A DNA stretch of 63,670 nucleotides, counting the filler, from Jimgerdemannia flammicorona (taxonomy: Eukaryota), in NCBI GenBank assembly GCA_003990765.1. It is 3 parts of 3 records of this genome, joined end to end, with 100 filler letters (N's around TTAATTAATTAA, not from the genome) between each part and the next. Parts side by side here need not be neighbours in the genome. Positions count along the whole stretch, not along the records: positions 1 to 21,160 come from RBNJ01001512.1; 2 more parts are not named here. One strand, given 5' to 3'. A model generated the notes under the pieces. That model saw only the letters and a list, made by a program, of their open reading frames with translations. It searched no databases and was not told the origin of the DNA. Shown in pieces: positions 1 to 12,081 of this stretch. Position 1 is the stretch's first letter. Every line of letters begins with the position of its first letter. The position numbers and the translations under genes were made by a program.

Positions 1-820
1 TGATGGGAAAGGTGGTGGTGCTAGTACTTGATGAACTAGTGGTGCTAGCAGAGGGTGGTGTCTTGGTGAGGGTGAGGGTAATCTGGCTCTCCTAATTAAT
101 GCTGGGGTTGAAGTCCTGGGTAGTGGTGGAGATCTTCTGATTGACTGGTGATAGTGGCGAGGTGTGAGTGACCAGGGTACTGAAGTTCGAGCAACTGATG
201 GTGGGAGTGGACTAATATAACTGATAGTAAGTTCGTCTGCCCCTTGCTGTTGTGAAGTAGTGAGGTCTGGTTTGTCTGGTTGCTGCTGTGGGTCAGTGTC
301 GCTATCTGGATAATAGTATAGGTTGAATTCGTTCCTTTGATGGTCTGATCCCCAATCGTCATCTTGCTCTGGTTGATATGGATGGTAGTCCTCTTCTCCT
401 TCTGATGTTTCAAAGTATACCCGGTCTAGTGGAGTGACTTGAGTGACAACAGTAGTGATGTAGTCGCTTCTGTCTGAGTTCTTCCTATAGATAAGGGTCT
501 GATACTCCTCGGGGATATCCTCTTCTTCTTCTTCTTGGCCTAAGTCTTGGATCTGAAGGGGTGGTTCTGGTTGTCCTCTGAGTCGTCTCCTTTCTCTTGA
601 AGTCAAACCATAATCTGGGTCACTTCTTTCTTCTGATTCGGTTTTCTGGCTACTGGTGTTGAATAGGGTCCTGGCTACTGTTCTGACCAGGGTGTGGGCT
701 TTCTTTTCTGCTGAGGAGGGCTGTTGCTGCCTCTGATTTGGTTGCTGACTTGGTCCTGCTAAATTCTCCACTGTAGATGGCTGGGTTCTTGAGCCAAATG
801 GTCAAGTCTTTTGAAAACTA
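1..820 (-). mobile_element. 5' leader and start of the gag region, Gypsy family C
   Basis: Lies directly after the PBS; leader resembles the family D leader at 55536-55600. No intact ORF. Confidence 0.55.
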
Positions 821-838
821 TTCCCAGTTGAGCCCCCA
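821..838 (-). promoter_or_regulatory. Primer binding site, tRNA-Pro type
   Basis: TGGGGGCTCAACTGGGAA 3 nt after the LTR end; resembles the tRNA-Pro PBS TGGGGGCTCGTCCGGGAT allowing for CpG decay. Confidence 0.75.
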
Positions 839-841
839 AAA

Positions 842-3281
842 TGTGACGTTGGTTACATATGTATAATGAACTTTGACTGCATAGCTCAATGTATGCCACT
901 TGGTAAAGCATGCGATGGATAACTGAATGCATTGGTGACGTTCGCGGTGGTTACGGGTCGATGGTCACATGATCGGCTTCGTTCGATTCGTACGATAACT
1001 GATAATAGCGGGACTTCGATTGTTCATTGGCTCAATTGTTTAGTAGATAAGGTATTGTTGCTAACCGAGGGTGGTTATTATGCTGGCTAAGTTTCCTGGT
1101 GGCGATTAACTTGTCGGCAAACTCGAATTTATGCGGCAACAGGCTTGCTCTTTATGTGGTCAATTAAAGTAGTCCATGGCGCAGTAGGTCGGGAATCGGA
1201 GAAGCAGAGGTTGATGGCTCGCTCATCCATCTTGGTTAACTTGAAAGGTTTCCTGGCAGTCATTCGGGTCTTTGGCAGTTGTTCTTGCTAGCTGGTGGGT
1301 CTTGTACTGGTATCCTTGAGTTTCCGGGTTTTCTGGGTCTTGAATCTCGAATGGCGGTCGAATGGCGGCGGTCCAAATGGCGGTCTGGTCTTGAATCCTT
1401 GGCTGGGTCTCGGGTCTCGAATGGCGGTCTGAATGGTGGTCTGGTCTTGAATCCTTTTCGTGGCGGCAGTCTTGTAATGTTTTCTTTCTTTCCGTGGCAA
1501 GAGAAAATTCTTTAACTCAAACTTCCGAGCGATCCGTTGCTCTAGGTTGTTATCTTGTTCTCAGAATTTATCCGGTCTCTTGGAGGCAGTGATTATTTCT
1601 CAAAACCAGTTGACTGAGGTTTATTCACTCTAAGAATATGGGTTATTTATACAAGTTTGCTAGCTATGAGAGGGCACGACTAAGGCTAAGGTATACTATG
1701 TTGTGGCAAACTTCGCTATGCTATTGGCTTGCACAATGTGAAGGGCTGACTTGCTGACAAGATGTTGAAAATGGTTGCACTGAATAGCAACGCTGGATTC
1801 GGTTATGCTGGGTAGCAATGCTGGATTCGGACTTGCTGACTTGCTGACACGGACAGATATGGATGTGGCGATTGTTGCCAGAAGCGGTTGTGGAGGGTAG
1901 CAATGCTGAAAATGGACTTGCTGACAAAATGCTGAAAACGGTGGTACTGGGTAGCAACACTGAATTCGGATGAGCTGACTTGATTGCTGATTGTTGCCAG
2001 AAACAGTTGTAGGGGGTGGCAATGCTGAAAACGGATGCTGACTAAAAGCTTGGTTCTCACAGCTGATAGGCGGTACTCTAGAGAGAATAGTACCATTCAT
2101 CCGCAGTGGGCAAATCTTGCTGGGTTGCGATTTCTTCTTCATCATATCTCTCCTCAAAAGGGGGAAGTGCCGGCCAAGAGGTGAGGGGGTAAAAAAGTGG
2201 CCAGTCATCTTCAACAACATTCTTCAACCCTTGAACAGCTTGAATGCGGACAGAGGACTGGTAGACTCTCTGTTGCTCCTCTTCTTCTTCTGAAGACTCG
2301 TTAGTTTCAGTGTCAGAGGGGGTTTCTTCAGGGGCAGGGTCTTGGAGTTCTTGGGTTTCCTCTTTAAAGACAGGAACTTCTTGGGCTTCCTCTTGATTCG
2401 GTTCCCAAATGATGAGGTGCGAATTGTGGCTGACAGGGTGGTGGGTGGTTGGAGTAGCTCCAACAGGTATTTCTATAGAGATGGGCGGTCCTTCAAATAT
2501 CTCCATGAGACTCATTAGGTGACCTTGATGGTTGTCTCAGAGTGGGGTGGTGTGAAAACCTGGCTGAGTAGGTTTGGTTTGTTGGCTTCCTACGGCGATG
2601 CAGTTACTGCCAATAGCATTGGCTACTTCAGATTCTATCCAGTCAGCATCTTCAGTTGAAAGGCAGGAGAGGCTGCCAGCTGTTACTCCTTGCAAGTGTG
2701 CTATAGCCCAGGGAATATGGCAGAAGATTTGATGGACACGGAGGGCTCTCTTGATTAGCCAACTGGTGGTTAACATTTCGGCAATGAGGTCTTCCTGGTC
2801 TCCTTCTTGAGTCTCATTGCGAAGGTGGTGTCCAATTTCATAGTCATGCCAGAGGGTCATTTGTTCGGTAGTGTCTTTGAGCTGTTGGGTCATTATATAC
2901 CGGTAGTTGATGAAGTGTCCAAGGTCCTCAGTGTAGAAGTTCAAGTGTTTGGAAGTATCTGGGTACCAGATGGCCTTCTTGATAGCTTCAAAGATCAGGG
3001 TCTTTGGGCCAGGCAAAGGGGTAGAGCGGCAGGAGGTCTGGTTGGTTCAGCGAATGGGAGGCATTATGTGGTGGGTACTTGGTTCTTTGGTGCTGATCTC
3101 TGAGGCAAAGCAGGGTTCCTTAAATAACGTGGTCTTCATTTTGGCTCAGATCTTCTTGTCTCCTTTTGGGATGATCACCTAATGGGTCAGGCTGTCTATT
3201 TGATTGTCACACCATTATGTCGTCTGATCTTGTGGTCACAGGGTACTCCGAATTTGGACAGGGTCAATTGTAGATGTCACA
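842..3281 (-). mobile_element. 5' LTR (2.44 kb) of Gypsy family C; the element continues off the left edge
   Basis: Terminal inverted TGTGAC (842)...GTCACA (3281). A PBS follows on the minus strand, a TATAAATA/AATAAA block lies at ~1614-1655, and the sequence switches to AT-rich flank (ATAT) after 3281. Confidence 0.8.
2078..3064 (-). pseudogene. LTR-encoded accessory ORF, family C (~328 aa, two in-frame TGA)
   Basis: ATG at 3064 (MPPIR*TNQ...) and ORF-track pieces 2537-3016 and 2078-2515 are all one frame; both stops are TGA, compatible with CGA>TGA. Collinear with the family B LTR ORF. Confidence 0.8.
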
Positions 3282-3734
3282 ATATATAAGATAGTAATAA
3301 TTGATCATTATGATGATTTTGATAAATAAAATTATAATTTTTAATCTTAATATTAATTTTAATATTTTTATATTTTAAATAATAATATTACTCAAATTAT
3401 AAAAATCTAATATATATTTAGATTTTAAACAAAAGAGTGTCTTATTACAATAATTTGATAATAAATTCTAATCTTCAAAATAATAATAAATCTATAATCA
3501 AAATGATGTAATATATATTAAATTTATCAAAGTTTGTATATTTTCAATATTACACTCAATTTAATTTGGTTGCTGGGCAAATTCTTCATTTATATCAGAT
3601 CAGATTATTGTTTTCAATGAAGCAAATGATGTGTTTAGCTAGCATATAGTTTATTTCGAGTATAATACATACATTGGAAAAAAGAAGAAAGCAATACATC
3701 GGAATGGTGATCAAAAACATCAACCCCTCCCCCT

Positions 3735-4295
3735 TCACAACCAAGCAAACCGATTTGGAACACTAGACAGGGCGAGGACCAAGGTAGTGAAGAGTGCGAC
3801 CATCAAGAAGTTAATTTTCCCCCACCAAGCCTCGTTCGGGTTGGCGCTGCACATGAAGAACAGGCCAAAAAACCAGAGAAACGGAACAATCCTGTGCATA
3901 TTGAGATGGGTGGTGATAGGGACAAAGGGTATTTCGATAAGGCGTCAACAAGAGGGTGAGAGCGAAAAAATAATTCGTATGGATTGATCACAGCTCGCCC
4001 CTACCGCCACCTCTTCACAACAAGAAGTCGGCGACCATTAACAGGTAGAAAAGGCTTACCATCCCAACGCAAAAAAGAGCACGGCAACGGGGAACGCCGA
4101 CCTGTGCTCTTCGGCACGTAGGAGGGGCCGGCTCTCGTCGCTGATGTATACGATACGAGCATACTGGGTCTGCACAGTGTTCCCGGCGGAAGTGGGGGAG
4201 GTCGAAGGTGACGGACCTGACACCTCAACTGGTTGCTGGGGGTGCTGGTGTTCCTGGTAGGGTGGGGGAAGTTTTGAGTCGTCGGTGGTAGCCAT
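3735..4295 (-). CDS. Host gene, two exons (4295-4060, 3891-3735), 130-aa small membrane protein with an N-terminal PPPY motif
   Basis: Donor GTAAGC at 4059 and acceptor CAG ending at 3892 (168-bp intron) join in frame to ...VLFFALGW-IVPFLWFFGLFFMCSANPNEAWWGKINFLMVALFTTLVLALSSVPNRFAWL*. CpG-rich, undecayed island. Confidence 0.8.
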
Positions 4296-5006
4296 TTGGG
4301 TATTTGTCTGGAGATAAGATAAGACGCAGTAGTAGCTTAATCAAATGACTAAATATCCAGTGACCCAGGAGTGGTGACGTACTCTATTTCTGGTTGTCGA
4401 CGTCATGCCATGAGTGAATTTGGAATGGTCCAGTTTATTTTATTTTATTTTATTTTTTCGTTTTTGTAATTGTTTACTCCCTGTCCCCGCTTCGTCTTCA
4501 CGGCCGTTCATTATGAGCCCTCTCGATTATGCCACGAATATGGTTGTCCCCATCCGGCGTGGTGAACTTCTGGGCAATGATGTTGCGCACGTACTAGTAG
4601 TGACTATACTTGTATATGAAAGTATATATCAAGTTAGTAAGTAGAGGTAGAGGTATGCATTTTGCTTTAAAGTCTTAAATGAGATCTTGAAATTGACTAG
4701 CAGTTTTTAGATAGCATTATATTCAGAGTAGTCTATTGATATATTGAATTTATACCACCTATATATAAGCTACTTTGAATTAATTTAAATTAATTTAAAT
4801 TGACTTATTCAGAGTACTAGTTATCTCTTATACTACTACTACATAAATAGTCTAATATACTAAAATAGAACAAATTCCATATCATGAAGATATATCTATA
4901 TCCTGAGAGTATATAAGAAATATCTGTATTCTGAGAGTATACTTATGTCTTAAAAGAACATCTGTTTCCTGAAAGAATATCTTTCTAAATTAGTCTTATT
5001 ATATAT

Positions 5007-6308
5007 TATTGGGATGGCAACTTGATATATTAATATATGACTTATGTCATTCTATCAGATTTATATCATTCATTAATAATGTGTAAAATATGTGACTTTA
5101 AGAACTTTAATAAATATCTCTCTTTCATTTTATAATAAAGATTTAAGCCCTATTAGTACTAAGTAGTAATAATAATAAATATACCTCTTTAAAATACACT
5201 ATGCTGGAAATATCTAATGAACAGCCTAGCAACATAAGTGTAGAAATAGATATGTCAATTATAAGCATTTCTATAGATATAATTATAATAATAACTATAA
5301 TAAATATGGAAATACAAATACAGTCTCAATTATAAGTATAAATATAGCTAAGAGATCTATTTTGATCTTTAATGAAAAAGATTATATAATTTGGATATTC
5401 TATATAATAAATCTTCTTGACAAATATAGCTTGATAGAGTATATGAAGTTACAAGTACTGATTCAAGATTACAATAGTATAAATAACTATTAAGTATTAT
5501 GCAAAAATATATTTATACTATTCAACTTCCAAATAAAGCTTATAATATATGTAGCAACTACTCATAAGACATAAAAGACTCTATGCAATCATTATATACA
5601 AATATCTACATTAAATTGATTTTATCTAAAATCTCAGCAATTCAATCTACAAATGAAGCCAAATAAGACTATATATAAATATACTAATTATATCAACAAT
5701 CTGATAAATCAGATGAATTCTCTAAATATATCAATATAGCACATAAGTGATGAAGACAAGGTCTTGACTCTTATGAGAAATCTCTCTGAAATATATTACA
5801 TTATAGTAGTAGCTATGTAAAAGAGTGGTAAACTTCTGAATTATGCTTATATTATTATGAGTCTTATGAATGAGGAAATGTATCAAGGAAATAGTACTAT
5901 CAATGATGATGAAAATATATTCTATAGATTATATAGATATAGTTCTAAATAAGGTCAAAAGTATAAATAATAATAAGACTAATAAACCTAAACCTAAGCT
6001 CAACAATGCAATAATAACTAGTTTAGCTAATCTATCAAATATGATAATTACTATGAATATTATAGTAAGTATAGATACAGGAAGTATAATTGCTATTACT
6101 GGAAAAATAATAAAGAAAGCAGTAAAAATAAGCAATAACATAGTAGTTAGCATTAGTAATATAGAGATAGTAAAAAGAGTTATTATGACAAAGAGAAATA
6201 TAATAATGCCAATACTACTGAAACTGATGAAAGTAGCATATTCTCTATATATAAGTCTTTTGAATACTCTGTACTTATTAAATTAAAAGACAATAATATT
6301 ATCTATAC
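5007..6308 (+). mobile_element. Relic Ty1/Copia element, 5' part (short LTR-like segment and gag)
   Basis: Decayed gag motifs (FNEKDYIIWIF..., DEDKVLTLMRNL); PBS-like AGATTTAAGCCC near 5140; interrupted by family A. Left boundary approximate. Confidence 0.55.
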
Positions 6309-6898
6309 TGTGATGATATGGTCAAATTTGGAAGAAGGAAATAGGGAATAGATACTTAATCACACCCAGTCCCAAAGTAGTATAGCCTTATAGTTAGTAG
6401 TCCTTGATTTCAACATTGTCTAAATTCTTAGACATTGTCTAAATTTTTAGACATTATCCAAATTGAACATTCCAATTTAGTATAGCATTTAGATATTGTC
6501 CAAATATTTCGACAAAGTCCAAATAACTCATTTATTACTTAGCCACCCTCTCATAGCTAGCAAACTTGTATATATAACTCAGTATCTTCAAGTGAATAAA
6601 CCTCAGATCGAAATAGTTCAAAGCAAAGAGATAGCAAAGGAACTAGTAAGCCTGTAGGCAGATATACTTCGAACTCACCCACCCTCCCCTGCAACTCAAA
6701 GGACTCTGAGGAGTCAGAGAAGATCAAGTTTTCAAGATACAGAAATCCAACATACTTTCAAGAGTAAGCATCTGCTACATTATAACTTGGTGCCCATTAG
6801 CTGGTGATTCAAGACGAATCCCTCACTTTCAAGCTGAACAATGAATAACCGCCACTACCCAAACAACCATACAAACTGAGCCCCAATATCCAGACAAG

Positions 6899-9800
6899 AT
6901 GGATATGAGACTGCCAGTATTCCATAGATATACCTCAGATGAATCAATCATTACCTTCATTGATGATTTCGAGCAGTATACTGCTGTAAGGACCCTGACA
7001 GCAGCACAGCAAGTAGCCCTCATGCCCTTCAGCCTACGAGGTCCTGCCAGAGCAGCATTCATAGCTGCAACCCATGCAGGAAATGATGCTGATGCTACAC
7101 TGACAGCACAGAAGACCTGGCTCCAAAATACATATTACACAGATGAGATCAAGCAAGCTCTGAAGGATCAGCTCAATACAATATGCCAAGAAATGAGCAA
7201 GGATCCAAACACATTCTATACCAGAATTCGATATCAGATAATCCTTGCAGATTATGCTGCTGCTATCTAAGATCAAATAGCCGAAGCAACCTTCATGAAA
7301 AGAGTCCATCCAGAAATAGCCATGGCCATCCACTCATCACTAGTGATTCTGGATCTACCACAGAAGGTCACCTATGCTCAGCAATACTGGATAGCCAGAC
7401 ACCCATAAGACCATACAATGGAAAGAGTTACAGGAGTCAGAATCAAGACACCCAAGGCAACCAGTGTGATCCCCACCACAATGATCAATCGAAACACACC
7501 TCAGTCAAAAGCTACAGAGCAGCAAAAGAACAGTGACCCTATGGAGGAACTCACCAAAAGGTTTGCTGAAATAACTGCCCATCTGGGAGATGTGGTAAAG
7601 GAAATCCGAGGAAGAGATCGCCACCCTGTTCAGAAGTTTGCTGCCACCTCAGACAAGAAGAAAGGTACCTGCTACAGCTATGGAGAAGAAGGCCACTACT
7701 CCTATGAATGTATGAGCAAAACCAAGTGCAAGGCTCAACCAAGCAATGCCACATGAAACAAGGAGCAGGCCAATACAATCACTTTTGAAGAAATTGGAGA
7801 ATCTGATGAAGAGGAATGGGAGGCCTATCCTGCTCAGACCACTAAGAAGGATGCTCGCAAAGAACCCTACAAGAGACTGCCAGGAAGACCCAAGAAGAAT
7901 CTAGTGGAAAAGCAGATGGAAACTGCCACAGAAAGCCAAGCCAAAGAGATGGACCAAGATACATATCAAGCTGAAGCAAGCAGTTCAAGATATCATCCGA
8001 GAAACCACTCCAGCCAGTGAAGGAGAAAAAGAAAAGAAGCTTCGCAAGACCAAGACCTTCAAGTATGATATCTTCAAGGATCTCAGTCAACAAAAGGTCA
8101 ATGCAATCTTTGGTCAGCTTGCAGAAATCCCAACATTCAGACAGCAAATGAGGTTTGGACTTGCCAAAACAACCAAGGAACAAGGATGGAAGATAACTGA
8201 GGCCAATAATGTTTAAGAGGACTCAGGAGAAGAAAGTGAGGACAATTACAAAACCTCTACATATGCAATATGCCAAATAAAAGATAGAACCTTTGAAGCC
8301 ATCATTGATATAGGAGCAGGAGGATGTTTCCTCAGTAAGAAGGCAGCAGACTACCTAGGTTGAGATGTGGAAGAAGCAACTAAGCTAGTATTCGTCACAG
8401 CCAATAGCACAAGAGCCACACCTCTGGGAAAGATCCAAGATATTCCCATCAAGATTAGAGGAGCAACAATCCCAGTAGATGTAATTGTAACCAATGTCAC
8501 CAACTATGACATCCTCATTGGCAATCAATGGCTTCACAAAGCCAAGGCGGTAATCAATCTCAATGCTCAGAAGATATAGATCACCTACTGGGGACAGAAG
8601 ATATAAATTCCCATCAATGTCAACAAAGGAGTCCTGCCTGATATGGAGGAAGAAGAGAGTGAGCAAGAGGAAGCTTATATGGTGACTACTCCAAAGAAGA
8701 AGAAAGTTGGATGGATGAGTGAAGAAGAATAGTACAAGAGGATCACAGAAGGTTATTCTCCACAAGGAGTCTGTCCTCATGGAATCAAGATGTACTGTAT
8801 GGAGCATGTCAATGATTGCTACCAGTGCACCATCAGAACCAAGAAGATCTACTAGGAAAGAAGGCAGAAAGCTCTCGAAAAACAGATTAGGGAAGAAGAG
8901 AAGGAGGAAGACGATGAACCACCAGCCCTCCTGGAGGATAGTGATGATGAAGAAGAAATCAAGTTCAAGATTTGAAAGATCCACCCTGATACAGTCTTGC
9001 CAGAATACAAGTCAGAAAATGCAGCTGGAATAGACATCGCTACAGTAGAAGAAACTGTACTGAAACCCCAGACAACCACTCTACTCACCACTGGACTGGA
9101 GATGACCATCCCAAAGGATTATGTTGGGATTCTCAAGACAAGAAGCAGCCTGGCTAGAAGCGAAATCACAATCAAAGGAGGAGTCATTGATTTAGACTAT
9201 ACTGGAGAAATCCTACTCATTGCTAGGAATCACAATCCTACAATTTCATTCCCAGTCAAGAAGAAGGACTGATTGGCACAGATGTTGATCTTCCCAATCA
9301 TACAACCAAGGATCATAGAAGTCAAGAATCTGGAGGAAATGAAAAGAGGAAAGAAAGGATTCGGATCCACAGGAAGAGGAGTATTCACCAGTATCAAGAT
9401 CACTGAACTCGAGCATAAGAAGGAGAAAAACACAAGTAAGCACAGTTATACCATTGGAGACAAATTCCCACTTAAGGAGGAACTCAAGAAAATACTCTAC
9501 AAATTCGAGGATGTCCTTGCCACAGATTTCAAGGATATCAAGAGAAAGACCCCACACTACTATCATGAGGTAGATACCGGAGACACCGAACCAATTTACC
9601 AGAAGGCAAGACCTGTCCCACCAGCCTATCGAGAATGGCTCAGAGAAGAAATCAAGCAGATGGAAGAAGCCAGTATCATCAAAGAAGCCAGCAGCCCCTG
9701 GTCTTCACCAGTTGTACTAGCTCCAAAAAAAGGAAGCAAATCTGGAGAATTCGCCCCAAGACTCTGTGTCAACTACAGAAAGCTCAATGCAGTTACCAAG

Positions 9801-12081
9801 AAGGATTATCAACCACTGCCACTCATCAGTGACATCCTTATAATACTGAGAGATGAAGCAGAGTACTACAGCACCTTGGACTTATGCTCAGGATTTCACC
9901 AAATCAGACTCACAGAGATGGCAAGTGAAAAGTCAGCCTTCATCACCCCAGACGGAACCTACATCTATCTACGAATGCCATTCGGAATGTGTAATGCACC
10001 AGCAAGCTTTCAGCAAATGATGAACAAAATCTTCCGCCATGACATGGGAAGATGGATGATGGTCTATGTCGATGATATAATCATCTACAGCAAGACACCT
10101 GAGGAACATCTGCAGTACATACAGCAGATAATGGAGAGACTAAGACAATATGGCCTTTATATCAAACCCAAGAAGTGCAAGTTTGCAGAAATCGAGATCT
10201 TCTATCTTAGCCATATTATCAATCAAGATGGAACACACATGGACCCCCTCAAAATATAAGCAGTAGCAGCATACCCAAGGCCCACTACTGTCACAGAAGC
10301 TCAAGCCTTCATGGGACTTGCCTCCTACTATCACAGATTCATTAGAGGATTCTCCAATATTGCAGGTCCAATCTACAAACTCAACAAGAAGAATACCAAG
10401 TTCCAGTAGACTGGCAGACAACAAAAAGCATTTGATGAACTCAAGATCAGACTAACTCAGACACCCATCCTCAGATGACCCAATTGGACCCAAGAATTTA
10501 TCCTTCAGACAGATGCAAGTACACAGGGACTAGGAGCAGTCCTAGCTCAAAAAGAAGACAAGAAAGAGTATATTATTGCATATCTTAGCCACAGAACCCG
10601 AGGGGCTGAAAAAGAATATGAGTCCTACAAGTTGGAATGCCTTGCAGTCATCTGGGCTGTGGAAAAGTTCCACTACTATTTGGCCAGAAGACACTTCACC
10701 ATCTAGATGGACTACTCAGCTCTTACCTGGCTACTGACAACTGGACAACCCAAGGGAATCTATGCCAGATAGATAATGAAGTTACAAGCCTATGATGTAA
10801 CCATCATATACCACCCTGGAAGAACAAATTCCAATGCAGATGCTCTCTCATGGACACCTTGAACTACCTCCAATCAATAAATCAATCATGAATAAAGAGT
10901 TCTACTACAGAATTATCACATACCTGGGACAGCGAAAGATGCCCCAACATCTGGAAGAATGGACACAAATGATTATCAATAGGACATGGAAACAATTCGA
11001 AACTGATGGAGAAACACTGAAGAAAGGAAAACTACTGGTCATACTAGAACACAAGAAGGAGCAAGTGATGAAATCAGTATACAAACTTGGCCATCTAGGA
11101 GGAATGAATATATATGACAAGGCAAGAAGAACAATATGGTGGCCAGGGATGGAGGAAGATATCAGACAATTTGTCAAGATGTGCGACAAATGCTAGAAAC
11201 AGAAACAAGACCAATGAAATCAAGCCCCAGGATCAGCACACATAGAATCAGTACCATTTGCCCACATAGCAATAGATGTAATTGGTCCTCTACTCTTGAC
11301 CCTGACTGATAACTGATATATCATTATTATTGTAGACCTTTTTATGAAGTGGATAGAAGTAGGACCTCTCAAGGAAGCCAATACACAGTTAATCGCCAAT
11401 TTCTTCTATAAGGAAATCATCTGCCAGTTCAAGACCCCAATACAAGTAACTACAGATAGAGGAATAGAATTCGTGAACCAGCTCTTTGAGGTTCTCTACA
11501 AGAAGTACAAGATCCAGCACATTCGGACCACAGCCTATTACCCCCAAGGAAATAGACAAGTAGAAAGGACCAACAAAACCCTCAAGAATGTTATCGCCAA
11601 GATCTGTGATAACTACAAGAACTGGGATCACTATTGGCCAATAGCATTATCTGCTCTCTGGGACATCTGATCACAAAGTACCCACTTTATCTCTCGAGAA
11701 ATACTATTTAGAGAAGAATATTCTCAAGGAACCCTATTATTCAATGGAGATGCTGTATGGAAATATATGGACATGGAAATACAGAGACTACACCAAATCA
11801 GGAAGAAGGCTGAGGATTACATAACCAAGGTGCAGATACTACAATAGAGGAATGCGGAAAAGACCCACAAACTCTTAGAGATTATCAAGATAGGAGACAA
11901 AGTCCTAGTATATCAGAATATGGTAGAAGCTTCATAGTCATGAAAACTGGAGCCCAAGTGGGAAGGACCTTACCTTGTGTAAGATATAAAAGGGACCACC
12001 TTTTGGCTACGAAAACCCTCAGACACAATAATCCCCACCACTATTTACCAAAACTGACTAAAGAAATATCATGGCCAGTAA
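6899..12081 (+). pseudogene. Family A gag-pol: gag, Zn knuckle, protease, dUTPase, RT, RNase H, integrase with GPY motif, no chromodomain
   Basis: CYSYGEEGHYSYEC; AIIDIGAG; AAGIDI/TRSSLA/GVIDLDYTGEI/RGKKGFGSTG; PRLCVNYRKLN, YVDDII; FILQTDAS; TDRGIEF, VERTNKTLK, KWEGPY. Many stops. Confidence 0.93.

Noticed and set aside
1696..2220. ORFs of 79-174 aa over the family C U3 repeats
   Set aside because: Several overlapping frames are open only because of the repeats; no homologue in the other LTRs.
4805..4819. Sequence resembling the reverse complement of the putative terminus at 33917
   Set aside because: The two face away from each other and share no TSD, so they cannot bound one element.
5870..6286. 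138-aa Ile/Asn/Lys-rich ORF
   Set aside because: Off-frame product of AT-decayed Copia gag.
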